Virus record (IMG/VR): IMGVR_UViG_3300023179_000032
Span: 57,983 to 121,982 of that record
DNA length: 64,000 nucleotides
From: a virus
Strand: one strand, 5' to 3'
Shown here piece after piece: positions 26,576 through 35,429 of the stretch; position 1 is the stretch's first letter; every line of letters begins with the position of its first letter. The position numbers were made by a program, and so were the translations under genes. Below the pieces are notes generated by a model. The model was given only the letters and a program-made list of their open reading frames with translations. It ran no database searches and was not told where the DNA came from.

Positions 26576-27274
26576 ATGGAAATTGAACTACACATTTTTA
26601 CAAATTCAACAGTTAATGCACCTGATACCTGGCATATAGAAAACACATATAAAAGTTTTAAAGATACTTGGAAAAGAGATATGCCTGTAAAAGTATGGTG
26701 TGATCGCAATCCAAATAGAGATAAATGTGAAGAGTATATTGAAAATTTAAAAAAACTTTTCCCTCAGGTAGATGCCGATGTAAATGGACTCAGTCATGGA
26801 TATCACAGAGCTGCTTTTGAAAGTCAGGCAGAATATTTGTTTATGGTTGAGCACGATTGGGAGTTTTATGCTGATCGTATTATGCATAATTTAGATCAAA
26901 TTCTAGATGGTATGCGTAAAGATAATATTTTACATTTGAGGTTTAATAGAAAATTGCACGGAAATCAACCAGATGGTCATGCTAGTTTAGGACAGGACAT
27001 GGATTGGATTGATCACGAAGGAAGTGTTTTCCCTTATAGTACAGTAAAATTAGTCAGTAATAACCCTCATATAATACACAGAGAAAGATGGATTAAAGAA
27101 TGTACTCCGCATACGCACTATGTTGGTTTTACAAGTTCTTATGGACTAGAGGAATATCTAACAGCCAGTCCAATTCGTGGTGCCATATATGGTCCAAGAG
27201 GACATCCTCCTACAATCTTACATACAGATGGAAAGCATCCAGAAAATCTACGTAATTCACATATGTTGAATTAA
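26576..27274 (+). CDS. Glycosyltransferase-like protein (GT-A/GT2-like)
   Basis: YLFMVEHDW (DxD-like), LHLRFN, SNNPHI and ILHTDG match the GT-A pattern. Confidence 0.55.
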   Translation: MEIELHIFTNSTVNAPDTWHIENTYKSFKDTWKRDMPVKVWCDRNPNRDKCEEYIENLKKLFPQVDADVNGLSHGYHRAAFESQAEYLFMVEHDWEFYADRIMHNLDQILDGMRKDNILHLRFNRKLHGNQPDGHASLGQDMDWIDHEGSVFPYSTVKLVSNNPHIIHRERWIKECTPHTHYVGFTSSYGLEEYLTASPIRGAIYGPRGHPPTILHTDGKHPENLRNSHMLN

Positions 27275-27286
27275 AAAATAGAACGA

Positions 27287-27292
27287 TAAATA
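27287..27292 (+). promoter_or_regulatory. Putative late promoter followed by a short structured leader
   Basis: TAAATA; hairpin TATGCTG/CAGCGTA 27305-27324; AGGAG ribosome-binding site at 27341-27345. Confidence 0.55.
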
Positions 27293-27351
27293 TTCAATAA
27301 AGATTATGCTGTACCCGCAGCGTAGACTTAGAACGTCAAAAGGAGAAAACA

Positions 27352-28068
27352 ATGGGACGTCCAATTAATAAAAAGTATTTCGGTCAAACTAACATCGCAG
27401 CAACAGGTGAAGGCACAGGTGGCGAAGGTGTAGCAAGTGTAACCGTCAGTGTACAAGGTACAGGTTATACAGCAGCAACTACAACAGTTACTTTTAGTGC
27501 TCCACAAATTCCAGGTGGTGAAACAGCTACAGGTACAGCAGTGATTAATGGATCAGGAAATGTAACAGCAATCACTGTGACCAACAGTGGTTCAGGATAT
27601 ACAAGTGCTCCAACAGTTACAGTAACAGATAGTGATGTTGGTGCCGAAGTAGCAGGTACATATGTAGCAGTTCTAACAACTGGTGAAAGTGCTCGTCAAA
27701 ATAGTATTACAGTAACAGCCTTTATCCCAGCTTCAGGTACAGCAGGTTATATAAGTGGCACAGGTGGTAGTTCAGCTGTAACAGGTGATATTATTAAACA
27801 GGTAGGCAGTTACAAATATGTAGTACAAACAGCTCAAGGCATTGGTCGTTGCACACTAAAAACAAGTGGTGCTGCTAGTGCTGCTGGTGAGATGAATATT
27901 ACAGCAGTTGACTCAGATGGTAAAACATATTATGTACAAAAATTATTAGCCTATAGAGCAAGATTAGTTCCATATGGAGCAGCAGGACATTTGTTTTCAT
28001 CAGGTGCAACAGCTCCATGGAGTTTTGCAGCAGCAGAACCAGGACGTGTTCAAATTACAAATAGATAA
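27352..28068 (+). CDS. Virion structural protein (beta-rich)
   Basis: Strong ribosome-binding site; G/T/A/S-rich with GTGYT...VTFSAP and [12 protein letters not shown] repeats typical of phage structural proteins. Confidence 0.65.
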   Translation: MGRPINKKYFGQTNIAATGEGTGGEGVASVTVSVQGTGYTAATTTVTFSAPQIPGGETATGTAVINGSGNVTAITVTNSGSGYTSAPTVTVTDSDVGAEVAGTYVAVLTTGESARQNSITVTAFIPASGTAGYISGTGGSSAVTGDIIKQVGSYKYVVQTAQGIGRCTLKTSGAASAAGEMNITAVDSDGKTYYVQKLLAYRARLVPYGAAGHLFSSGATAPWSFAAAEPGRVQITNR

Positions 28069-29204
28069 TGTCTAAAGTCCTTAGAATACAAAAAGGCGGT
28101 TACAAGGTAATCGCCGAATCAGGCAGTGAAATACGATTTGATTCAGGATCAGATGGTAGAGTAAATATTGTTGGTGATTTGTATGTACAAGGTGATACAA
28201 TTTTAGGTAATACGACCAGTGTTACTCAACAGGATCTAGTTATTGAAGATAGACTAATTACCTTGAATAATGGACAGCAAGGTAGTGAAATATCAGATAA
28301 CGGTAGCAATCAAATGAGTGGACTAGTTATCGACAGAGGTAATGCTGATGTTTTAATGGTCTTTGATGAAAAACCTTTTAAAGGCCAAACAGGTAATACA
28401 TCAGCATTTACTTTACTGCCCCCAGCTTTTGTACTAAAAGACAATTCTAGCAATGCAAATTTAAAACCACTTACTACAAATAGGATACAAACTTATGGAG
28501 TTGACGATGGTAGTAATAATCAGCATTTAACTTTTTACACAGGATATGAAGGTGTTGTAAGAGTTGATTATACAACTATTGAACCAGGTGAAATTGATTC
28601 GGCATTTGTGCCATATCATGAAAGAATAGAAAATGATAATGATATACCTAACTTTAAGTTTTTAAAAGAATATGTTAGAGCAGAAGCTGGTCAGGCTATT
28701 ATTCAAAAGTTTTATAGGTATACAGAGGATACTTTAGATAATACTTTTTCTGGTGCTGAAGCTAGAGATGTAACACAGGCTGGCGATGGATTTAGTGGTG
28801 TATTATTCACTACAGGGTCAGGACCCTTTGCTTCTAGGATAAAAAATCCTGTAACAAAAATTGGAAGATTTGGTACAGATATAGGAATCATTATAGGTAT
28901 TGGTGAAGAAAACACTAACAATATTAAGCTAATTGTTGACAGTAGTCAAACCACAATGATAAGTACTAATAATTCAAACTTAGTAATTAATCCTTATACA
29001 GGTAATGTTATACTAAGGAATGTACTAAGATTTGAACATTTGTCAAATACTATTGCTGCCCCAGCCCCAGCTGTAGAACAAAATTTAGTATACAGTAGAA
29101 ATGAATTAGGATCAGGTGGTACAGGGTTGTATTTTGCTAATTCTATAGGCAATGGAGAATTTTGTAGTGCCAGTAATGCACTGGTATATAGTTTAATATT
29201 TTAA
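28068..29204 (+). CDS. Virion structural/fibre-associated protein
   Basis: Coupled to the upstream gene; TTSVTQQDLVIEDRLITLN...SGLVIDRG motif also present in 56247-57233. Confidence 0.6.
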   Translation: MSKVLRIQKGGYKVIAESGSEIRFDSGSDGRVNIVGDLYVQGDTILGNTTSVTQQDLVIEDRLITLNNGQQGSEISDNGSNQMSGLVIDRGNADVLMVFDEKPFKGQTGNTSAFTLLPPAFVLKDNSSNANLKPLTTNRIQTYGVDDGSNNQHLTFYTGYEGVVRVDYTTIEPGEIDSAFVPYHERIENDNDIPNFKFLKEYVRAEAGQAIIQKFYRYTEDTLDNTFSGAEARDVTQAGDGFSGVLFTTGSGPFASRIKNPVTKIGRFGTDIGIIIGIGEENTNNIKLIVDSSQTTMISTNNSNLVINPYTGNVILRNVLRFEHLSNTIAAPAPAVEQNLVYSRNELGSGGTGLYFANSIGNGEFCSASNALVYSLIF

Positions 29205-29218
29205 TTTAGGAAGAATAA

Positions 29219-29626
29219 ATGGCAAACGGGTTTGGTTTAGTGAGCGCTATAGTTCCAGTACTAGTAGTACAAACAGATGTAAGTGGTAATCCTATAGCTC
29301 CTCAGGGTGCAGCGGTACCATTATTCAAAGTTGGTGTTGCTCCTTATGTAGCTCCAAATTGGCCAGGTACTGCTTATGCAATTACTAGTATGTTTTTTTG
29401 TAACAGAGGGCAAACTCCTGCAAATTTAACGGTATATTTAGTACCAAAAGATAAAGTATATCCATCATCTACAACAGCAATCATAAAAGACTTAAACATT
29501 ACTAACGGTGATACATTTTCATTTGATACAGAAAAAATAATTTTAGGTGAGGAAGATGCAGTTTGGGCTAGTTCAGATGTAGGAGCTTCTATAAATGCGC
29601 TTCTTAGCGTTGTTAGAGTAGCATAA
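29219..29626 (+). CDS. Small beta-sandwich structural protein (paralog of 55877-56215)
   Basis: AITSMFFCN...ANLTVYLVP...DTFSFDTEKIILGEEDAVWA parallels IILGTQVTN...DAISFVAGKLVLESGDSLRV. Confidence 0.6.
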   Translation: MANGFGLVSAIVPVLVVQTDVSGNPIAPQGAAVPLFKVGVAPYVAPNWPGTAYAITSMFFCNRGQTPANLTVYLVPKDKVYPSSTTAIIKDLNITNGDTFSFDTEKIILGEEDAVWASSDVGASINALLSVVRVA

Positions 29627-30315
29627 TGAAATTTTATAAACAGCTAAAATTAAACAAAAACGTAACAAAAAGTTTAGAGTTTACTCTAAAACCTGCTGGC
29701 TTAGTTGTTATGGATATACCATTTACTCCACCTACGCCTGGACAGACAAGGGCTGATTTTAAAGTACCAACATTAAAAGGTATAAGAATACCCACAGGAC
29801 CAGATAATGAGCGACCATCTTCAAATGAATGGTATGGAAACAGTGGTATTATAAGATATAATACTGATGGTGATGCATTAGAGGTGTTAACAAATGGTGA
29901 GTGGGTTCAATTAAAAGCCAAACAACCTTCAAGTATAACCATACAAAGATTTGGGGCCACAGATGCTAGTTTATTCGTAGACCCAGACCCAAATGTAGGA
30001 ATAGATTGGGATGACGAAACTTATCCAGTAAGCGAAGCGGCAGGTGAAAACAATGAAATATCAAATTTCATAACTAATACTTATGTAAATGGTGTAGAAG
30101 TATTTTTCGGCCCAATTAGAGATAAGCTAGGTGTTCCACCTACAACTGCTGCTAATATATTTGTTTATGTAGAGAATGTTTTTCAAATTCCCTATACAAA
30201 CTATAGACTAGTTACTTCATCAACAGCACAAAAAAGTCCCACAGGATTCTATTTAAAATTTGCTAGCCCGCCCCCACCCGGTAAAACGGTGACTGTAATT
30301 CACGGGTTTGACTAA
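29626..30315 (+). CDS. Virion structural protein
   Basis: GIRIPTGPDNERP...GIIRYNTDGDALEVLTNGEW fibre-type motif; IFVYVENVFQIP...LKFASPPPPGKTVTVIHG C-terminal module. Confidence 0.6.
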   Translation: MKFYKQLKLNKNVTKSLEFTLKPAGLVVMDIPFTPPTPGQTRADFKVPTLKGIRIPTGPDNERPSSNEWYGNSGIIRYNTDGDALEVLTNGEWVQLKAKQPSSITIQRFGATDASLFVDPDPNVGIDWDDETYPVSEAAGENNEISNFITNTYVNGVEVFFGPIRDKLGVPPTTAANIFVYVENVFQIPYTNYRLVTSSTAQKSPTGFYLKFASPPPPGKTVTVIHGFD

Positions 30316-30333
30316 TATTTTCCCAAGTTTTGG

Positions 30334-30339
30334 TAAATA
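30334..30339 (+). promoter_or_regulatory. Putative late promoter
   Basis: TAAATA 125 nt upstream of ATG 30465. Confidence 0.55.
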
Positions 30340-30375
30340 ATACTAAGCAGTCAGACATCTGATTGATCAATCAAA

Positions 30376-30460
30376 CTGTGGTAAACCGGCAAAGAGCCCG
30401 TAAGGGATGCGAGCGAAAGTTCAAACAAAGGTTAACCGTGAAACACGGGGTATAGGGGAG
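30376..30460 (+). ncRNA. Candidate multi-branched cis-regulatory RNA in a 5' leader
   Basis: CUGUG/UAUAG, AACC/GGUU, GCA..CCC-GUAA-GGG..UGC, GAGC-GAAA-GUUC and CCGUG-AAA-CACGG; the closing stem abuts the GGGGAG ribosome-binding site. Confidence 0.55.
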
Positions 30461-30464
30461 CGAA

Positions 30465-33245
30465 ATGGCCAATGTAGGTCGTATTTCAGGTTCAATGCTC
30501 AGAAAAAATCTCCTGCGATATGCAGAAGATCTTGCTTTTGAGGATAATTTACTGTATCTGTCAGTACCAGATACTACTAATCCTAACAAAAAAGTTGGCA
30601 TAGGAATTAAACGAGATATACCCCGATACGAATTAGATGTAACAGGCACCACATATAGTGATATATATCAAGGTGAATATCTAAAAATAGATAATATTGT
30701 AATTGATCAAAACGAAATTAGAGCATCTAATGGCGGTATTAACATCAATACAAATACAAATATAGACTATTTGAATATCAGTAGTAGAACTTTTAATTTA
30801 GCACAAATACCTTTCACTAATACCAGTAGATTAGACCTAACTGGTAACTTAGAAGTTAATGGTAATATACATGCTACAGGTAGTATCACAGCAGATGGTA
30901 ATTTAGTATTAGGTAATGAAAACACAGATACTATTCAATTTAATGCAGATATTATAAGTGATATTATTCCAGATGTTGACGATACATATGATCTAGGTTC
31001 ACAGACTAAATCATGGCGTCAAATATTCACAGATGATTTAAGATTAGGTGGACCACAAGGAACAGATGCTTTTAACTTTACTCAAGGTCCAAAAGTCAAT
31101 AATAATTATACTTTTAAAGGTCTAGTAGATTCAACTAATTATACAAAAATTAGCAATACAAACACAGATGGTCATTTAGCATTAAATGCAAATGGTAACG
31201 GGTTAATAGAGCTTGTCAGCAATAGTCGTGTACACGAAAATCTCCGAGTAGAAAAAGATATTTCTACTGATAATGCTAATTTTATTTTAATGGGTCAACC
31301 AGAACTAGGTATTTTAGAAGGTGCTGTGGATATGACAGAGGACACCAGTCTTACAGATGGTGTGGCACAACTAAATTTAATATTAACCTTGTTAGTGCCA
31401 CCAAGTCCTCCCCCATTTCCTAATAATCAAAACTTAATTATAAACAATTTAACACAAAGAATTATTAATCAAGATGCTCTTTCACAACCTTTAAACGGTA
31501 CAACAGTTACAGCACCTGCTCCTGGTACAGTGGTTTATGTGGCTAGAACTAATATCTATGCCACAAGTACAATTACAAACACAGGTCCAGGTACTGAAGG
31601 TAAAATTATAGTTAAGAGAAATAGTCTACCAGTTATACAAAAAACTTTGACATTTGGCAATAGTACACAGGTTATTACAACAAGAATAACAGCTACTACA
31701 CTAGGTAGTGACATAGTGAGATTTGTACAACCAACAGCAGGTGTATTAGTTCCAGGATATTTGATTAAAACAGCTTCTTCTGGAGCATTTGGTGGATTAG
31801 CTAATGATACATTTTATATTATAAAGGGTGTAACAGCTAAAACAATTAAGCTATCATTATTTGATGCTACAACTGGCACACAAGGTCTAGCATTTGCAGC
31901 AACAAGTACAGCAACAGGAACAATTAATTTTACCACACAAACAGATGTTGGTAATTTTGCTGGCACATACGATTTACTAGTATTGTCAAATAATGTGGCT
32001 AGTCCATTAGACACACCAGGATTTTATGAAACAATAGATATTAGAGTAGTTGGTGACACTGTTCCACCTGGATGGAACACAGTACAAATTGAGCATACTG
32101 GTGCTAGTGATTCAACAACTATTGGATCTAACACTAGCAATATTGGAGTTTGGTATTTTGATGATAGTGATGGTCTCCCTGTTTTCACTAATCAAACTTT
32201 TACACTAAACACTTCAAATATTACGTACTCTAGTACTGTCCCTCACTACAATAGTAGCACAGTTTATGATATTGGATTTACACTTACATGGAACAGAGGA
32301 AAAACTGCCCATGGAAGTACAGGTACAAATATTTTAACTACTGGTGCTGTAGGTCCTTGGACCAGTGCTGGTAATAAAAATTATGCTAATCTTGGATATA
32401 CATTCTTACCACAAACTACACAGGTAACTAACGGTAGTGGACCAAACACACAAACCTTTAGAGTGAATGTTGTCACAGGTTTTGGACTATGGAATACCAC
32501 AACAACTGTGCCTATATATACAGCAGATAATAGTTATCAAACAGCTCAAACTGCTTTACCTGCATTAAATGCTAGAATTTTATACAAAACTGGCACAACA
32601 AGTAGCACATCATTTTTAGATGAAACAAATATATTTTTTAATGCAGCAGTAGGTGGTAGTACAACTGGTGCTACACGATGTGTTAACCCAGACGCTGGAA
32701 CGGCTAGTCAAGATACTCCAGTATTCACAGCAGGTAGCACATTGTTCAATAGTCAAACTGGAACACTATATGATACAGATGCCATTGTTGTAGGAACTAG
32801 TACTGGAGTAAACAGTTTAACACATAATGTAACAAATTACTCAACAGGGTATTTGCCAGCAGGACCGAATTTTAGTACAAGAACAGCGGCCAATCCGCAA
32901 TATTTTACTTTTAGATTTACAAGATCAGCAGTAAGCAAGTTTAGAATACGTTGGACCACACCAGGAGGTATAGCAGGTATTTGGGCAGCATTACCAGGAG
33001 CAAATGGCACTAGTTTAAAATCAGGACATGTGAATAGCTGGTTAAGCGCAGAGATAGACAATAGTCTAGCAGGTGGTTGTGCTTTAGGTGGTAATCTTCC
33101 AAAAAATGGAGGAACTAAACAGGTTAATATTAGTTTTGGAACGTTGAGTAGTACAAATAGTACTAATAATGAAATATGGGTAAGAATTAGATTAAATCCA
33201 GGTGAATCCTTGACCAGTTTGTATTTAGATGTGAGCGATCAATAA
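30465..33245 (+). CDS. Large fibre/appendage structural protein (paralog of 57380-59500)
   Basis: MANVGRISGSMLRKNLLR N-terminus and DIIPDVDDTYDLGS fibre motif; C-terminal ~600 aa match 57380-59500 by eye. Confidence 0.7.
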   Translation: MANVGRISGSMLRKNLLRYAEDLAFEDNLLYLSVPDTTNPNKKVGIGIKRDIPRYELDVTGTTYSDIYQGEYLKIDNIVIDQNEIRASNGGININTNTNIDYLNISSRTFNLAQIPFTNTSRLDLTGNLEVNGNIHATGSITADGNLVLGNENTDTIQFNADIISDIIPDVDDTYDLGSQTKSWRQIFTDDLRLGGPQGTDAFNFTQGPKVNNNYTFKGLVDSTNYTKISNTNTDGHLALNANGNGLIELVSNSRVHENLRVEKDISTDNANFILMGQPELGILEGAVDMTEDTSLTDGVAQLNLILTLLVPPSPPPFPNNQNLIINNLTQRIINQDALSQPLNGTTVTAPAPGTVVYVARTNIYATSTITNTGPGTEGKIIVKRNSLPVIQKTLTFGNSTQVITTRITATTLGSDIVRFVQPTAGVLVPGYLIKTASSGAFGGLANDTFYIIKGVTAKTIKLSLFDATTGTQGLAFAATSTATGTINFTTQTDVGNFAGTYDLLVLSNNVASPLDTPGFYETIDIRVVGDTVPPGWNTVQIEHTGASDSTTIGSNTSNIGVWYFDDSDGLPVFTNQTFTLNTSNITYSSTVPHYNSSTVYDIGFTLTWNRGKTAHGSTGTNILTTGAVGPWTSAGNKNYANLGYTFLPQTTQVTNGSGPNTQTFRVNVVTGFGLWNTTTTVPIYTADNSYQTAQTALPALNARILYKTGTTSSTSFLDETNIFFNAAVGGSTTGATRCVNPDAGTASQDTPVFTAGSTLFNSQTGTLYDTDAIVVGTSTGVNSLTHNVTNYSTGYLPAGPNFSTRTAANPQYFTFRFTRSAVSKFRIRWTTPGGIAGIWAALPGANGTSLKSGHVNSWLSAEIDNSLAGGCALGGNLPKNGGTKQVNISFGTLSSTNSTNNEIWVRIRLNPGESLTSLYLDVSDQ

Positions 33246-33257
33246 TAGGGATAGATA

Positions 33258-35369
33258 ATGGCCGTAACTGATGCAACCAGAGTTGATTTATTACTAAAGA
33301 AGTTAGCAGGTGTAGCTAAAACTGATACTGCTGCCAACAAGAGTGTAAGTAATGAGTCTATAGCCAGTCCTAGTCTAAATAGGGGCGATTCAATATGGCT
33401 CAATTCTTATTTGGTACCTAGTACAGCCAGTGCTACATTAGGCACAATACAAACTAATAGAGTAGAATGTACACCAGACACTACCAGTCAATTAATGGGT
33501 GGCTCTGTATATCCTACTTGGAAAACAGGTATAACAGATTGGGTACCACCAGAATTTGACACTGTAAATGTTACTAATTCATACCGTGTTAAAGTTTATT
33601 ATGGTAATGCAGGATTAGCTGATCCAACAGTAAGTGGTGGAACACAAATATTTGCTGATGGTATTTTAGGTGCCGGTGAATGGTATTTTGATTATCAGGC
33701 TGGTATAGTACATTTTTATGGTAATTCTATACCAACTGGAATGACAGGATCTCATGTAATTTATGTAGTGGGTTGGACATATGTTGGTCCAAAAGGTTTC
33801 AATTATGCATTTAAAATAGATTCACCAATAATGCGTGGTAATCTAGCTTTACCTACTCTAATCACACTAAGAGGTGATATTGTTGTTGAAGAAAATGCAG
33901 TAATTAAGAAAGATTTAGAAATACAAGGTGGTGATTTAACTACAAATCAAAGTGTGTTTAATCTTTTAAACATAACTGCTACAACTATTAATTTTGCTGG
34001 AGCTGCTACTAGTCTTGTACTTGGTGCATCTACCGGTATAACCAATGTTCGTAATAATTTAGATGTTGATGGTGATGTTAATATTGATGGTGGTGATTTA
34101 ACTACTAATCAAAGTTTGTTTAATCTTTTAAACACAACTGCTACAACTATTAATTTTGCTGGTGCTGCTACCAATTTAAAAGTTGGTGCTACAACAGGTA
34201 CAACAAATGTTCGTAATAATTTGGAAGTTGATGGTGATGTAGTTATTGATGGAGATGAACTTAAAACAACTAGTCAAACTTTTAACCTAATTCCAGATGC
34301 AGCTACTACAGTGAACTTTGCTCAGGCAGCGACCAGTATCGTACTTGGTGCAACAACAGGTACAACAAATGTTCGTAATAATTTAGATGTTGATGGTAAT
34401 CTTAATGTAGACGGTAACTTTCATATCGGACAAGATTTAGATGTTGATGGTGATTTGAATATTGACGGTGGTGATTTAACAGTTAGTACAACAACATTTA
34501 ATATAGCCAATGCCAATGCTACAACAATTAACTTTGGTGGTGCTGCAACAAATATTGAAATAGGTGCTAGTACTGGAACAACTAATGTCAATAATAATTT
34601 AGATGTTGATGGTGACGTTAACATTGATGGCGGAGATTTACGTGCCAGTACATCTACTTTTAATTTATTAAATGAGACAACAACCACAGTAAACTTTGCT
34701 GGTGCTGCAACAAATATTGAAATAGGTGCTAGTACTGGTACAACCAATATTAATAATAATTTAGATGTAGATGGTGATGTTAATATTGATGGTGGAGATC
34801 TAACAGTCAGCACAGAAACATTTAACCTAGCCAATGCAGTAGCAACCACAGTAAATTTTGCTGGTGCTGCTACAAATATTAAGATTGGTAGTAGTGTAGG
34901 TATTACCAATGTTAATAATAATTTAGATGTTGATTTGGACATGCACATAGGGCAGAATTTAGATGTTGATGGTGATCTTAACCTTGATGGTGGAGATCTA
35001 ACAGTTAGTACAGAAACATTTAACCTAGCAAATAGTACAGCTAAGAATGTAAATTTTGCAGGGGAAGCAACAAATATTGAGATTGGTAGCCAAGAAGGTG
35101 TTACTAATGTTAATAATAATTTTAAAGTCGACGGTGACACAACTTTTGGTAATAGACTAACAGTTGATGGCATTGTTGATGTTAATAATAGTTTGTATGT
35201 TGAGGGAGAAACAAGACTAAGTCAAAGTTTAGAAGTTGAAAACTCAGTCAAAGTACAAAATGAATTAGCAGTAGAGGGCGATACAAATATTACTAGAGAC
35301 CTTAATGTAGGTGGCTATATTAAAGGTGGACAGTTAATAGATACAACTATAGATTGTGGTGAGTACTGA
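33258..35369 (+). CDS. Fibre-like structural protein with seven ~54-aa repeats (N-terminal paralog of 59500-60894)
   Basis: RVDLLLKKLAGVAKTD...SNESIASP start; (N)NLDVDGDVNIDGGDL...FAGAATNIEIGASTGTTNV repeats; C-terminal IDCGEY. Confidence 0.7.
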   Translation: MAVTDATRVDLLLKKLAGVAKTDTAANKSVSNESIASPSLNRGDSIWLNSYLVPSTASATLGTIQTNRVECTPDTTSQLMGGSVYPTWKTGITDWVPPEFDTVNVTNSYRVKVYYGNAGLADPTVSGGTQIFADGILGAGEWYFDYQAGIVHFYGNSIPTGMTGSHVIYVVGWTYVGPKGFNYAFKIDSPIMRGNLALPTLITLRGDIVVEENAVIKKDLEIQGGDLTTNQSVFNLLNITATTINFAGAATSLVLGASTGITNVRNNLDVDGDVNIDGGDLTTNQSLFNLLNTTATTINFAGAATNLKVGATTGTTNVRNNLEVDGDVVIDGDELKTTSQTFNLIPDAATTVNFAQAATSIVLGATTGTTNVRNNLDVDGNLNVDGNFHIGQDLDVDGDLNIDGGDLTVSTTTFNIANANATTINFGGAATNIEIGASTGTTNVNNNLDVDGDVNIDGGDLRASTSTFNLLNETTTTVNFAGAATNIEIGASTGTTNINNNLDVDGDVNIDGGDLTVSTETFNLANAVATTVNFAGAATNIKIGSSVGITNVNNNLDVDLDMHIGQNLDVDGDLNLDGGDLTVSTETFNLANSTAKNVNFAGEATNIEIGSQEGVTNVNNNFKVDGDTTFGNRLTVDGIVDVNNSLYVEGETRLSQSLEVENSVKVQNELAVEGDTNITRDLNVGGYIKGGQLIDTTIDCGEY
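33906..35124 (+). repeat. Seven in-frame repeats, ~162-bp basic unit
   Basis: AATGTTCGTAATAAT at 34044 and 34206; units 4 and 7 carry short extra insertions. Confidence 0.85.
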
Positions 35370-35390
35370 ATGAAAATTCGGTATTTTTGG

Positions 35391-35396
35391 TAAATA
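35391..35396 (+). promoter_or_regulatory. Putative late promoter for the giant gene
   Basis: TAAATA 33 nt upstream of ATG 35430. Confidence 0.55.
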
Positions 35397-35429
35397 AAAA
35401 GTATAAATTTTTACTTCAAAGGAAGATAA

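Noticed and set aside
30376-30460. c-di-GMP-I, SAM-I or hammerhead assignment for the leader
   Set aside because: GGUAAACC resembles the c-di-GMP-I GGCAAACC, but the GGGACGCAAA partner and the SAM-I or hammerhead cores are absent; left unassigned.
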